Positions 19,401 to 29,943 of a DNA stretch of 64,000 bases are shown here, piece after piece. Under the pieces are notes generated by a model. The model was not told where the DNA came from. It saw only the letters and a program-made list of their open reading frames with translations, and searched no databases. Position numbers and translations under genes: made by a program. Source of the stretch: Bacteroides sp. (GTDB lineage Bacteria > Bacteroidota > Bacteroidia > Bacteroidales > SM23-62); assembly GCA_011053095.1 (NCBI GenBank), contig DRHS01000127.1, positions 27,035-91,034 on the forward strand. Direction: 5' to 3'. Each line of letters begins with the position of its first letter. Position 1 is the stretch's first letter.

Positions 19401-20957
19401 TCAATTCGGAACCTGTCTGAAATTTTCTATTGCCATTCTGTCTTTTTCCGGTATATCCAGCATGGGATTCGGGTACCATATCTTCTCCTGGGTCTCAAAG
19501 TCATACAAAGTCAGGATGCGCAGCCTGTAATACGCCACCCAGTAATCCTGAAGAGAGGAAATGTAATCCCTCCTTGCTTTTTCTCTTTCCTGGAGAGAGA
19601 TATTAAGGTCCATTATGCTGATCTCCCCGTTCTGGAATCTCCTGAGTGAGATCTCGTAACCATTTTCGGCAACATTGTCGGCTTCCTTTGCAGTGGTGAG
19701 CTGGTCCTTCAGAAGGCTGAACTGCTCTACCTGGACTATAATTCCACGGTCAAAATTCATCCTGTCATTCTCGACATCATAGACAACCAGCTCCCTCTGT
19801 GATTCTGCCAGTTTTACTTTTGATTCAGACCTGCCCCAATCAAGTATAGGAACACTGAGCGAAAGTCTGATCATTTGCTGCTGGTCAGGCTGCTGGTAAA
19901 TTCCACCAACGGTTGATGAATTATTTGACATTCCGTAACTTCCTCTCAGAGTGGCCCGAAGACTATTATCTCGTTTAGCCCTTACAAGGTCACGGTCTGC
20001 CTCAATCAGACGACGCTCGTAACTTGGAGTTTCCTTACGGTTCGTCTGGGCTTCCCTGCGAGCCTTCTCTACATCTATGTCAAAAAGAAAAATATTCAAA
20101 GGCATTTCCAGCTGAAGGTCCTGATCCGGATCCAACTGTACATAGGATTTTAATTCAAAATCGGCATTTTTCATATCCATTTTAGACTGGTTGAGCGCCT
20201 TCTGGGCATTGATCACGGAAAGCCGGATCCTTGAGAAATCATTTTCAGATATTGTTCCAAGTGTGCGCCGGGTTTCTGCAATCCTCAGGTTATCATTACT
20301 GTTTTTCAGGTTACTCCGGGCAAGACTGAGATTGGTCTGAACACGAAGGAACCTGAAAAACCGATAGGTGGCAGAGAGTGATATCTGTTCAATAGATTCG
20401 ATAAAACTCCGCATAGACTCCTCATACATCAATGGCTCAACCTGCTTTTGCCATCGCATCCGGTTGTAGGAAAATATCGGCTGGACAAATCCAACTGAGA
20501 TCGGGGTCCCGGAGTATTCAATGTTATCAGTGTTATAATCTTCTATCCTGTAAACAGATGAAGCTGCATAAATCTGTGTTCCTGTAGCTGCGATTGACTG
20601 TGTAAGGGCAAGGTTTGCATACATCTGTGCATTGGCAACATTCTTGAACTCAATACTACCATCAGGCTGGGTTATAGGCTGGGTTGTATGGGAAAAGTTT
20701 GGCAGGTCCCCAGTAAGGATCAGTTGAGGCATAAACCCTGTCTTAAAATTCTTCCACCTCCAGTAGGATCGCACATTTCGGTTTTGAACGTACTTTATGG
20801 AGGTGGACTGGGTTATTGCCAGATCCACAACATTATTCAGGCTCAGGCTCAGGCTCAGATTCAAGGATGGTATTTCTGCTTGTGCAGTAGCAATTTTAAC
20901 ACATAACATTTGCAGTCCCATTCCAACGATAAGAATGGATAATGATCTTCTTCCCAT
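19401..20957 (-). CDS. TolC family outer membrane efflux protein
   Basis: 518 aa, signal peptide, two-repeat coiled-coil/beta-barrel OEP-like sequence. Immediately downstream of the HlyD gene. Confidence 0.85.
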   Translation of the reverse strand: MGRRSLSILIVGMGLQMLCVKIATAQAEIPSLNLSLSLSLNNVVDLAITQSTSIKYVQNRNVRSYWRWKNFKTGFMPQLILTGDLPNFSHTTQPITQPDGSIEFKNVANAQMYANLALTQSIAATGTQIYAASSVYRIEDYNTDNIEYSGTPISVGFVQPIFSYNRMRWQKQVEPLMYEESMRSFIESIEQISLSATYRFFRFLRVQTNLSLARSNLKNSNDNLRIAETRRTLGTISENDFSRIRLSVINAQKALNQSKMDMKNADFELKSYVQLDPDQDLQLEMPLNIFLFDIDVEKARREAQTNRKETPSYERRLIEADRDLVRAKRDNSLRATLRGSYGMSNNSSTVGGIYQQPDQQQMIRLSLSVPILDWGRSESKVKLAESQRELVVYDVENDRMNFDRGIIVQVEQFSLLKDQLTTAKEADNVAENGYEISLRRFQNGEISIMDLNISLQEREKARRDYISSLQDYWVAYYRLRILTLYDFETQEKIWYPNPMLDIPEKDRMAIENFRQVPN

Positions 20958-20968
20958 GACAATATAAA

Positions 20969-22198
20969 TTAATGGCTAATATCTATTTCAGGCCGGTTTC
21001 GGAATTCTGCAGTCTCTGAAACTATAACTTCGTCACCCGATTGGAGGCCGGATTTGATTTCAATATAATCCAGTCCTCTCATGCCCACTTCTACTTTCTT
21101 TAAAACAAGTACATCATTCTCAACTACATACAGCTCTACATTCCTTCCCCTGCCAATACCGGGTCCTTGTTGTACACGCATGACACTGTCTTTCCTTCTG
21201 TTTACAATCTGCAAGGGAAGACTCATATTTGAAAGTAGTTTTGGATGATTGCTTTCTTCGAGATAAACATCAAACTTTATTTTGCTGCCCTGCACTTCGG
21301 GATACACTGTCCCGATTTGCCCGACAAGTTTCTCGCGGTCGACAAGAGCGTAAATAGTTTTTCCTGTTTTGATAATTTCTGCATGTTCCTCACTTGCGGA
21401 TCCTATAATCTTGAAATTACTCAGATCTGACATTCTCACGAGCAACTTATCCTTGTTGACCATCTCACCCGCCTTACCGTTTATTGACATAATGATGCCT
21501 GAGGAAGGTGCTCGTACGGAAGTCTTTCCAAGGGTCTCCGTTTTTGCCTCCAGTTCCTTTTCCTGAATATCGATCTGTAGCTCAAGCCCCCTCTCCTCTA
21601 CCTGCAGTTGCTGTAAGCGTATTGAATTCCTGGATTCAATCATCTCCAGGTCTTTCTCGGCAAGGACAAGTTCCTGCTTTGTTTTTTCAAATTTCGCCGG
21701 TGATATTCCTCCTACTTCCAGCAATTCTTCCTGATCAGCAAGATCTGACTTTAGGGTGGCAATCCTGAGTTTTTTGGTCTCAACCTGATAATCAAGATCT
21801 ACCCTTGTACTTTTGGCATTTAATTTGGTTCGCTGTAGATTATTGCGCTTGATCCCGATCTGGTCTTCAAGCCTGGCAATTTCCTCTTCAAGAGGTTTTG
21901 GATCAAGTCTTAAGATCGTCTGGTAGGCATTAACCCGGCTCCCGGGTGCCTGGAGGATTCTCTCAATTTTGGTTGAAGTGGGACTAAGCAGAAGAACCTC
22001 GCTTTCAGGCTCAACAAGTCCCTCGGCATCAATGATTGTTATTACGGTACCAATGTCAATCCTGGATGTCTCTATGCTTGACCGGTCAACAGAGGGAGGG
22101 GCAAATATTTTGAAGTTCTTAAATGCCAGGAATCCCCCGACAATAACAAGAGTTGAAATAACGATAAGCAGAATTATTTTCTTCCTGGACATAATCAC
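20969..22198 (-). CDS. HlyD family periplasmic adaptor (membrane fusion protein)
   Basis: N-terminal TM anchor, long coiled-coil segment, C-terminal beta-barrel domain, 409 aa. Confidence 0.85.
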   Translation of the reverse strand: MIMSRKKIILLIVISTLVIVGGFLAFKNFKIFAPPSVDRSSIETSRIDIGTVITIIDAEGLVEPESEVLLLSPTSTKIERILQAPGSRVNAYQTILRLDPKPLEEEIARLEDQIGIKRNNLQRTKLNAKSTRVDLDYQVETKKLRIATLKSDLADQEELLEVGGISPAKFEKTKQELVLAEKDLEMIESRNSIRLQQLQVEERGLELQIDIQEKELEAKTETLGKTSVRAPSSGIIMSINGKAGEMVNKDKLLVRMSDLSNFKIIGSASEEHAEIIKTGKTIYALVDREKLVGQIGTVYPEVQGSKIKFDVYLEESNHPKLLSNMSLPLQIVNRRKDSVMRVQQGPGIGRGRNVELYVVENDVLVLKKVEVGMRGLDYIEIKSGLQSGDEVIVSETAEFRNRPEIDISH

Positions 22199-22366
22199 AA
22201 GGTTTAGAGTAAGAATCTATTAGCTGAATGGGAAACAGCAAAATTATTAATCTTAACGCAATTTCCGGCACCATGGTATCAACAATCTCTAAAAGATTTC
22301 AAAATAGGCTTGGCTGCATAGTTCAAGAAAGTTATTTTTATACATAAATCCGTTAAACAATATAAA

Positions 22367-23359
22367 ATGAATTATCTACCCTCAACTGAAAGATACGAAC
22401 AAATGAAATACCGAAGATGCGGTCTCAGCGGAATAAAACTTCCGGCTGTTTCCCTGGGACTCTGGCATAACTTCGGCCATGTGGACAATAAGGATGAAAT
22501 CCGGGAAATCCTATTTGCGGCTTTTGATGCTGGCATTACACATTTTGACCTTGCAAATAATTATGGTCCCCCTCCCGGCTCGGCCGAGGAAAACTTTGGA
22601 AAAATATTAAATGCTGATTTTGTCTCCTACCGGGATGAGATGATTATTTCCACCAAGGCAGGTTATCTTATGTGGCCTGGTCCGTATGGAGATTTTGGTT
22701 CCAGAAAATACATGATTTCCAGCCTGGACCAGAGCTTACGGCGAATGGGAATTGATTACGTTGATATTTTTTACCACCACCGTCCTGATCCTGAAACACC
22801 ACTTGAAGAGTCAATGATGGCGCTTGACCATGCAGTGCGGTCAGGTAAGGCCCTGTATGCCGGCATTTCTAATTATCCACCGGAAAGGACAAGGGAGGCT
22901 GCTGCAATATTGAAATCACTTGGTACACCTTGCCTTATCCACCAGCCAAAATATTCCATGCTTGTCCGCGACCCGGAGGATGGATTATTATCAGTACTTG
23001 AAGAAGAGGGCATCGGATGTATACCTTTCTCTCCCCTGGCCCAGGGATTATTAACAGAAAAGTACCTTCAGGGCATCCCCGAAGGTTCGAGAGCAGATAA
23101 AAGTCATGGCTTCCTTAAAAAACACCAGATAACACCCGAATTGATAAAGAGAATATCAGGATTAAACGAGATGGCGAAAGAACGGGGGCAGTCCCTCGCC
23201 CAAATGTCCCTTTCATGGCTCCTGAAAGACAGCAGGGTAACATCCGTACTTATTGGAGCAAGCTCGGTCAATCAATTACATGACAGTCTCGGATCCCTTG
23301 AGAATATTGAGTTCAGCAGGGAGGAACTGGATAAAATAGAGAACCTGCTTAAGATTTAG
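22367..23359 (+). CDS. aldo/keto reductase (YghZ/L-glyceraldehyde-3-phosphate reductase-like)
   Basis: MKYRRCGLSGIKLPAVSLGLWHNFG N-terminus and DLANNYG motif, 330 aa. Confidence 0.85.
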   Translation: MNYLPSTERYEQMKYRRCGLSGIKLPAVSLGLWHNFGHVDNKDEIREILFAAFDAGITHFDLANNYGPPPGSAEENFGKILNADFVSYRDEMIISTKAGYLMWPGPYGDFGSRKYMISSLDQSLRRMGIDYVDIFYHHRPDPETPLEESMMALDHAVRSGKALYAGISNYPPERTREAAAILKSLGTPCLIHQPKYSMLVRDPEDGLLSVLEEEGIGCIPFSPLAQGLLTEKYLQGIPEGSRADKSHGFLKKHQITPELIKRISGLNEMAKERGQSLAQMSLSWLLKDSRVTSVLIGASSVNQLHDSLGSLENIEFSREELDKIENLLKI

Positions 23360-23361
23360 AA

Positions 23362-24339
23362 ATGAAAGTATATAACTGGGGAATTATTGGCGCCGGTTGG
23401 ATTGCCGGGCAATTTGCAAAAGACCTGAAGCTGCTGCCAAATGCATTTCTGAAAGCAGTTGCCTCACGTTCTTCGGAAAGAGCCAAAACTTTTGCCGGTG
23501 AATTTGAAATTCCGGTTTCCTATGGCAGCTGGGAGGAAATGTCGGCAGATCCGGAAATTGATATTGTGTATATTGCCTCCCACCACCCTTTCCATTTTGA
23601 GAATACACTTTCCTGCCTTGAGGCGGGCAAGGCAGTCCTCTGTGAAAAACCTTTTACAATGAACAAAGAGGAACTGGATAAACTTGTGGAGGTTGCACGC
23701 CGGAATAAGGTATTTCTGATGGAAGCGATATGGACAAGGTTCCTGCCTTCCACCCGAAAAGTCATTGAGATTGTAAATAGCGGGGAACTTGGCAAAATGC
23801 AAAATATCTATGCCGATTTCGGGTTTCTTCTGGAATATGACCCCAAGCACCGTCTGTATGATCTGGAAAAGGGAGGTGGCGTACTCCTTGACGTAGGAAT
23901 TTACCCTGTATTTATCTCACAATTGCTGGCAGGTCCTCCAGTAAAAATTCATACCACTGCAAGATTCGCAGAATCGGGTACAGACCATAGCTGTAATATC
24001 ATATTTGAACAAAAGGAAAACATAGTATCCTCCCTTAATTGCAGTCTTCTCTCACATTCACCGGTTGAGGCAACTATATTGTTCGAAAATGGCTATATAA
24101 GGATGGAATCAATGTTCCTTACTCCAGGACCAATTACAATTCACCGCAAGGATAAGGACCCGCAGTTATTTGAATTTCCTGAAAAGGGCGGTGGACATCA
24201 TCATGAAGCGACCGAGGTTATGAGATGCCTTGACGGGGGACTGACTGAAAGTCCCTTGCTTCCCCTCGATTTCAGCCTGGGTATAATGGAGTCGCTTGAC
24301 AGGATCAGGGAAATATGCGGTATTACTTATGGGAATTAA
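23362..24339 (+). CDS. Gfo/Idh/MocA family oxidoreductase (dihydrodiol dehydrogenase-like)
   Basis: WGIIGAGWIA Rossmann motif and CEKPF motif. Translationally coupled to the AKR gene (2-nt gap). Confidence 0.9.
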   Translation: MKVYNWGIIGAGWIAGQFAKDLKLLPNAFLKAVASRSSERAKTFAGEFEIPVSYGSWEEMSADPEIDIVYIASHHPFHFENTLSCLEAGKAVLCEKPFTMNKEELDKLVEVARRNKVFLMEAIWTRFLPSTRKVIEIVNSGELGKMQNIYADFGFLLEYDPKHRLYDLEKGGGVLLDVGIYPVFISQLLAGPPVKIHTTARFAESGTDHSCNIIFEQKENIVSSLNCSLLSHSPVEATILFENGYIRMESMFLTPGPITIHRKDKDPQLFEFPEKGGGHHHEATEVMRCLDGGLTESPLLPLDFSLGIMESLDRIREICGITYGN

Positions 24340-24366
24340 TAAACAACTATAATTGACATCCTGAAC

Positions 24367-25803
24367 ATGAAACATTTCTTAATTCCTTTTGCCATTGTAT
24401 ACCTGTTGGCATCATGTACATCCCAACCGGAAGAACAACTGCCCAACATTATATATATCCTGGCAGATGATCTTGGATACGGAGACCCTTCATGTTTCGG
24501 ACAGGAACTCTTCCAGACACCCAATATCGACAGGCTTGCCACCGAAGGCATGCGCCTTACCCAGCATTATTCCGGATCCACCGTCTGTGCACCATCCCGC
24601 TCTTCTCTTATGACGGGTCAGCATACAGGTCATACTATGATTCGTGGGAATAAGGAAGTAAAACCTGAGGGACAATGGCCTCTGTCAGATGAGATTTTTA
24701 CAATTGCTGAACTCCTGAAACAAAAAGGGTATGCCACCGGGGCATTCGGGAAATGGGGATTGGGCGGACCCGGTTCGACGGGCGATCCTACCAGGCAGGG
24801 ATTTGACAGGTTTTATGGTTATAATTGCCAGAGACTGGCACATAACTATTATCCCTACTATCTCTGGGATAACCAGGACAAACAAATCCTGCCGAATGAG
24901 GATGATAAACTGGAAGCATACGCCCCATTACTGATACATGATCAGGCCCTTAAATTTCTGGAAGAAAACAGGGAAGGTCCGTTTTTCATGTTTTACCCCA
25001 ACGTTATACCACATGCAGAAATGTTCGCCCCTGAAGAATACATGGAAAAACACAGGGGAAAATATCTTCCGGAAAATGGTTATGAAGGATCCGACAAGGG
25101 CCACCATCGCTATAAGGACGGCGGTTACGGATCACAGCCTGAAGCACATGCAGCATTTGCGGCCATGATAAATCTCCTGGATGAACAGGTTGGTGATGTA
25201 ATTGACAAAGTGAGGGAACTTGGCATTGCAGAAAATACAATAATCATTTTCACCTCCGATAATGGTCCCCATTTAGAGGGAGGAGCTGATCCGGATTATT
25301 TTAACAGTAATGGTCCCTACAGGGGCTATAAACGAGATCTGTATGAAGGTGGTATACGGGTGCCAACGATTGCCTGGTGGCCCGGAAAAATCAAGGCTGG
25401 TTCGGAATCGGACCATATATCCGCATTCTGGGATCTATATCCCACTGTGGCCGAATTGAGCGGACAGGAAATCCACTCCGGAGTGGACGGTATTTCATTC
25501 CTGCCAACACTTCTTGGAAAGGGAGATCAGGTTGAACACGAATTCCTGTACTGGGAATTTCATGAAAAAAAGGGGAGACAGGCCTTGAGGAAAGGGGACT
25601 GGAAACTGGTAAGGTATAATGTATTTGAACCTGAGATCACCACCACAGAATTATACAATATTTCCCTGGATCCGGGTGAGGTTCATAACCTTGCCACAGA
25701 AAATCCGGATATTACGGATGAATTACTTGAACTAATGAAATCCGCCAGGACTGAATCAGACATATTTCCTTTTAAACCACAATCTTATGAAAACACCCTC
25801 TAA
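24367..25803 (+). CDS. Cys-type sulfatase (arylsulfatase family S1)
   Basis: Lipoprotein signal (LLASC). LADDLGYGD metal site. CAPSRSSLMTGQ formylglycine (CxPxR) motif. Confidence 0.9.
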   Translation: MKHFLIPFAIVYLLASCTSQPEEQLPNIIYILADDLGYGDPSCFGQELFQTPNIDRLATEGMRLTQHYSGSTVCAPSRSSLMTGQHTGHTMIRGNKEVKPEGQWPLSDEIFTIAELLKQKGYATGAFGKWGLGGPGSTGDPTRQGFDRFYGYNCQRLAHNYYPYYLWDNQDKQILPNEDDKLEAYAPLLIHDQALKFLEENREGPFFMFYPNVIPHAEMFAPEEYMEKHRGKYLPENGYEGSDKGHHRYKDGGYGSQPEAHAAFAAMINLLDEQVGDVIDKVRELGIAENTIIIFTSDNGPHLEGGADPDYFNSNGPYRGYKRDLYEGGIRVPTIAWWPGKIKAGSESDHISAFWDLYPTVAELSGQEIHSGVDGISFLPTLLGKGDQVEHEFLYWEFHEKKGRQALRKGDWKLVRYNVFEPEITTTELYNISLDPGEVHNLATENPDITDELLELMKSARTESDIFPFKPQSYENTL

Positions 25804-26923
25804 TTATTTGACAATACGGATTACCCTGATTTTCCTGATCATTGCAGGCAGCCTTAATGCCCAGGATATTAATCGAATCGTTAAAAATGACTATTCCAGG
25901 TCATCAGACCGAAAAATTTTGCACATTCCTGATATACAGGGATATGAGACCCTGAAAGGGGATTTTCATATGCATACCGTGTTCTCAGATGGTCATGTAT
26001 GGCCTGAGTCCCGCGTAATGGAAGCCTGGAGAGAAGGGCTTGATGTCATTGCGATTACGGATCATATTGAGTACCGGCCCCATAAGGATCATATTGTCTC
26101 TGACCACAACTCGGCCTATGAAGTTGCAAGAGAAAAGGCTTTAGCTCAGAATATTATTTTACTCAGAGGAACAGAAATAACCCGTGATATGCCTCCCGGT
26201 CATTTCAACGCTCTTTTTATAGATGATGTAAACCCTATAGAAAATGAAGATCCCATGAAACAGCTTGAAGAAGCAGCCAGGCAAGGAGCTTTTATTCTCT
26301 GGAATCATCCAGGCTGGGCCTCACAGCAGCCTGACAGCACGATATGGTGGGATATGCATACAGAAATTCTGGATAATGGATGGATGCATGGAGTTGAGGT
26401 TTCCAATTCGGGTGAATGGTACCCCATCGTACTTGACTGGTGTAGGGAAAAGGAACTAACTGTTTTTTCCAACAGTGATATACATGCAGCAATTGACTTT
26501 GATTACGATCTCTCACTGGCAAATGCTCACCGGCCTATGACACTTGTATTTGCGAAAGACAGATCCCAAACGGGGGTAAAAGAGGCCCTTTTCAGCAGGA
26601 GAACACTTGGTTTTTTTGGCAATCAGCTTGTGGGACCGGAAAACCTGATTCTGGATCTTTTCAATGCCTCGGTTATTGTTAATACTCCATTCATGGAATC
26701 AGAACGTAAAGGAAAAAAAGTGAAACACATTGAACTTGAGAATCCAACTGACCTTACTTTTATCCTGGTAAAAGATGAAGAGAATGGTAAGAATAAAGAT
26801 TTAATAGAATTGAATCCTCACAGTGAGATAATTATTATTATCCCTGCAAATGAGGACACTGCCAATTACCGGCTGGTAAATTGCTGGTCAGGCAGCAATG
26901 ATCATCCTGTTGTACGATTCTAG
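25787..26923 (+). CDS. secreted PHP-domain phosphoesterase
   Basis: Signal peptide. GDFHMHTVFSDGH PHP metal motif, plus ITDH and NHPGW motifs. 17-nt overlap with the sulfatase gene. Confidence 0.8.
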   Translation: MKTPSNYLTIRITLIFLIIAGSLNAQDINRIVKNDYSRSSDRKILHIPDIQGYETLKGDFHMHTVFSDGHVWPESRVMEAWREGLDVIAITDHIEYRPHKDHIVSDHNSAYEVAREKALAQNIILLRGTEITRDMPPGHFNALFIDDVNPIENEDPMKQLEEAARQGAFILWNHPGWASQQPDSTIWWDMHTEILDNGWMHGVEVSNSGEWYPIVLDWCREKELTVFSNSDIHAAIDFDYDLSLANAHRPMTLVFAKDRSQTGVKEALFSRRTLGFFGNQLVGPENLILDLFNASVIVNTPFMESERKGKKVKHIELENPTDLTFILVKDEENGKNKDLIELNPHSEIIIIIPANEDTANYRLVNCWSGSNDHPVVRF

Positions 26924-26944
26924 TCTGAAAAAAATAATCGCAAT

Positions 26945-27589
26945 ATGCTTAAAGCCGTTTTATTTGATATGGACGGGGTCCTTGTAGACTCAGAAGAATT
27001 CATCCGAAAGGCTGCAATTGAAATGTTCCGGGAGAAGGGACATTCAGTTAAGGCAGAGGATTTCCTGCCCTTTACCGGAACAGGTGAAGACCGGTTCCTT
27101 GGAGGGGTGGCACATAAATACGGCATATCACTTGATATTGGGAAAGACAAGGCAAGGACCTACCTGATCTATGAAAAAATTTGTTCAGGAATGCTTTCCG
27201 CCCTGCCAGGAGTATTTGAAACATTGGAACTCTGCAGAACCCATCACCTGAAAACTGCGGTTGCCACAAGCGCCGATGAATTTAAAATGCTGGTAAACCT
27301 GAAAGAAATTGGCCTGCCTGTAAATACATTTGATGTGACGGTTTTCGCAGATATGGTCAAAAACAAAAAGCCTGATCCGGAAATATACCTGACCGCAGCA
27401 GAGATACTTAAGGTGGAAGTATCGGAATGTCTGGTGATCGAGGATGCGCCCAGTGGACTACAGGCTGCCGATTCAGCAGGAATGAAATCCCTGGCTCTCA
27501 CCACCAGTTTTCCGCCTGAAAAGCTCAAGCTTGCAGAATGGATAATTCCTGACCTTTCTTTTATGAGTGAGGAATATATCAGCTGGTAA
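26945..27589 (+). CDS. HAD-IA family hydrolase (beta-phosphoglucomutase/phosphatase-like)
   Basis: LFDMDGVLVDSE (DxDG), TSA and KKPDPEIY...EDAPSG motifs. Confidence 0.9.
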   Translation: MLKAVLFDMDGVLVDSEEFIRKAAIEMFREKGHSVKAEDFLPFTGTGEDRFLGGVAHKYGISLDIGKDKARTYLIYEKICSGMLSALPGVFETLELCRTHHLKTAVATSADEFKMLVNLKEIGLPVNTFDVTVFADMVKNKKPDPEIYLTAAEILKVEVSECLVIEDAPSGLQAADSAGMKSLALTTSFPPEKLKLAEWIIPDLSFMSEEYISW

Positions 27590-27645
27590 CAGAGTCAGTC
27601 AGAAACCTGAAAATAATACTGTTAATTATAAAATACCTGGTAACT

Positions 27646-28644
27646 ATGGCACTTATAAAACTTGGAAATACAGATCTGGAAATAACAGAAATTGCCTTCG
27701 GTGCCTGGGCCATTGGTGGCTGGATGTGGGGTGGTAATGACAAAAAGGATTCTCTGCGCGCACTGGATGCTTCTGTTGACATGGGAATTACCTCAATCGA
27801 TACTGCCCCAATCTATGGATTCGGATATAGTGAAGAAATTGTTGGAGAATCTATTCAGGGCAAGCGCGACAGGGTACAGATATTAACAAAATTTGGCATG
27901 CGATGGGAAATAAAACAAGGCAAACATTTCTTCTCCTCTGAAAAAAATGATGGAACTCCGGTTGATATATACAAGTATGCTGGTAAAGAAAGCATCCTGA
28001 AAGAATGTGAGGAAAGCCTGAAAAGACTCAAAACAGATTACATTGACCTCTACCAGATCCACTGGCCTGATGTTACAACCCCGATAGAAGAAAGCATGGA
28101 GGCTGTTGAGCTTCTGATAAAACAGGGAAAGGTCAGGGCAGCTGGAGTTAGTAACTATTCTACTGAGGATATGAAAAAGGCAGGAACGGTAATCAACCTC
28201 GCTTCAAACCAGGTCGCCTATAGCATGGTTAAGCGAGATATTGAGGAAGATATTGTTCCCTACAGCATAGAAAATAATGTTGGAATACTCGTCTACAGTC
28301 CCCTTCAAAGAGGCGTTCTTGCCGGAAAGATAAAACCTGATACAAAGTTCAATAATGGAGATCACCGCCCAACGACCGCCCATTATAAAAATGACAATAT
28401 CATCAAAATCAATCTATTTTTGGAGCAGATCAGACCTTTGGCGGAGCTTAAAGACGTAAGCCTCGCCCAACTTGTACTCCGCTGGACCCTTCAAAGACCA
28501 GGAATTAGCTGTATTCTTGCTGGTGCAAGAAATGAGGAGCAGCTTATCGAAAACGCAGGAACACTTGAGTTTGAGCTCAGCGGGGAGGAGATGGAATCAA
28601 TTGATCATTCCCTTGAAAAACTTGTACTGAACCTTGAAGAGTAG
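27646..28644 (+). CDS. aldo/keto reductase
   Basis: AFGAWAIGG, IDTAPIYG, YQIHWPD and GVSNY motifs. Confidence 0.9.
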   Translation: MALIKLGNTDLEITEIAFGAWAIGGWMWGGNDKKDSLRALDASVDMGITSIDTAPIYGFGYSEEIVGESIQGKRDRVQILTKFGMRWEIKQGKHFFSSEKNDGTPVDIYKYAGKESILKECEESLKRLKTDYIDLYQIHWPDVTTPIEESMEAVELLIKQGKVRAAGVSNYSTEDMKKAGTVINLASNQVAYSMVKRDIEEDIVPYSIENNVGILVYSPLQRGVLAGKIKPDTKFNNGDHRPTTAHYKNDNIIKINLFLEQIRPLAELKDVSLAQLVLRWTLQRPGISCILAGARNEEQLIENAGTLEFELSGEEMESIDHSLEKLVLNLEE

Positions 28645-28691
28645 AGATTATTATAGTAACTTATCCTGAGATCCAGATAAGGAATTTCAAA

Positions 28692-29927
28692 ATGATTAAA
28701 TACAATTTAAAAGATTTTCCGGATTCGTCAGCCTTGCTTTTTGATTACCAGAGTCTTGGAGCCAAGGACATGCTTCAGGTAAATGCACACCTGCACACAC
28801 CTTACTCATTTAGTTACTTCGACAGTATACCCTCTATTTTCCAGCAGGCTGCAGCGGAAGATGTCCGGGTGCTTGGAATTAATGATTTCTTTTTGGCTGA
28901 CGGATTTCGGGAATTTTATGAAGAGGGACTAAAAACCAGGATTTTTCCGCTTTTCAATATTGAGATCGTGGGACTAATGCTTAAGAAACAATATAACCGT
29001 TTCAGGATCAATGACCCGGTCAATCCTGGCCGTACGTATCTTTCTGGTAAGGGACTTGATTACCCATTCCACCTTGATGAGTCCCACGCCTGCAAGTTAC
29101 AGAACATGCGCCAGGAAATTCAGGAGCATGTAAAGGAGATAATCGATAAGGCCAACAGTATTCTTCAGGAAATCGATAAGAATCTCACACTGAAGTATTC
29201 TGAGGTTAAAAGAATTTATGCCAAGGAATTTGTTACCGAGAGGCATATCAGCCGTGCCATCCGCAGCCTTATTTTTGAAAACTATGAAGATCCGGCAGAT
29301 CGAAAAAAAATTCTTTCGGAGATGTTCGGATTTTCAAAATGTTGTAAAGACATTAACAATAATGCAGAAATAGAGAATGAAATAAGATCCAGTTTCCTTA
29401 AATCCGGTGGCAGAGCATTTGTACCGGAAAAGACTGCAGCCTTTTTACCTATTGCTGAAGTATTAAAGATAATTCTTGACACAGGAGGAATTCCATGCTA
29501 CAGTGTGCTTCTTGATGATGACAAGGGTCGATGCACAGAGTATGAAGCCAATAAGCAGATCCTGCTGAATGAATTGCTAACGCATAATATCCATTGCATT
29601 GAATTCATACCATCAAGAAACCATCCGGAAATACTCAAAGACTATGCACGCTTCTTCAGAAAAAACAATTTTCTTGTTCTCTTTGGAACTGCCCACAGTA
29701 CACCAGAAGAGAAACCCCTGAGAGTTTGTACCAGGGACAGTGCATTTCTTGATGAAGAACTATCCGGAATTTCATACGATGGAGCATGCATTATTGCGGC
29801 ACATCAATACCTTAGGGCCCGTGGAGAATCCGGTCTTTGCGGCGCTGATGGAACTTACCAGGATAAGAGATTTGATGAATTCATTTCACTAGGGCAGGCA
29901 GTAATACACCGGTTCATTACAAATTAA
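28692..29927 (+). CDS. PHP-like domain protein of unknown function
   Basis: VNAHLHTPYSFSYF resembles the first PHP His motif. No signal peptide, 411 aa. Confidence 0.6.
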   Translation: MIKYNLKDFPDSSALLFDYQSLGAKDMLQVNAHLHTPYSFSYFDSIPSIFQQAAAEDVRVLGINDFFLADGFREFYEEGLKTRIFPLFNIEIVGLMLKKQYNRFRINDPVNPGRTYLSGKGLDYPFHLDESHACKLQNMRQEIQEHVKEIIDKANSILQEIDKNLTLKYSEVKRIYAKEFVTERHISRAIRSLIFENYEDPADRKKILSEMFGFSKCCKDINNNAEIENEIRSSFLKSGGRAFVPEKTAAFLPIAEVLKIILDTGGIPCYSVLLDDDKGRCTEYEANKQILLNELLTHNIHCIEFIPSRNHPEILKDYARFFRKNNFLVLFGTAHSTPEEKPLRVCTRDSAFLDEELSGISYDGACIIAAHQYLRARGESGLCGADGTYQDKRFDEFISLGQAVIHRFITN

Positions 29928-29943
29928 TTAGCTTTGCCTAATC

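Noticed and set aside
14934-22198. Interpreting ABC + HlyD + TolC as a type I secretion system
   Set aside because: The ABC protein is an ABC-2/ABCG-type half-transporter, not a T1SS-type exporter (no C39 or CLD domain, different TMD). It is on the opposite strand and no RTX-like substrate is present. The observation is kept only as a low-interest open question.
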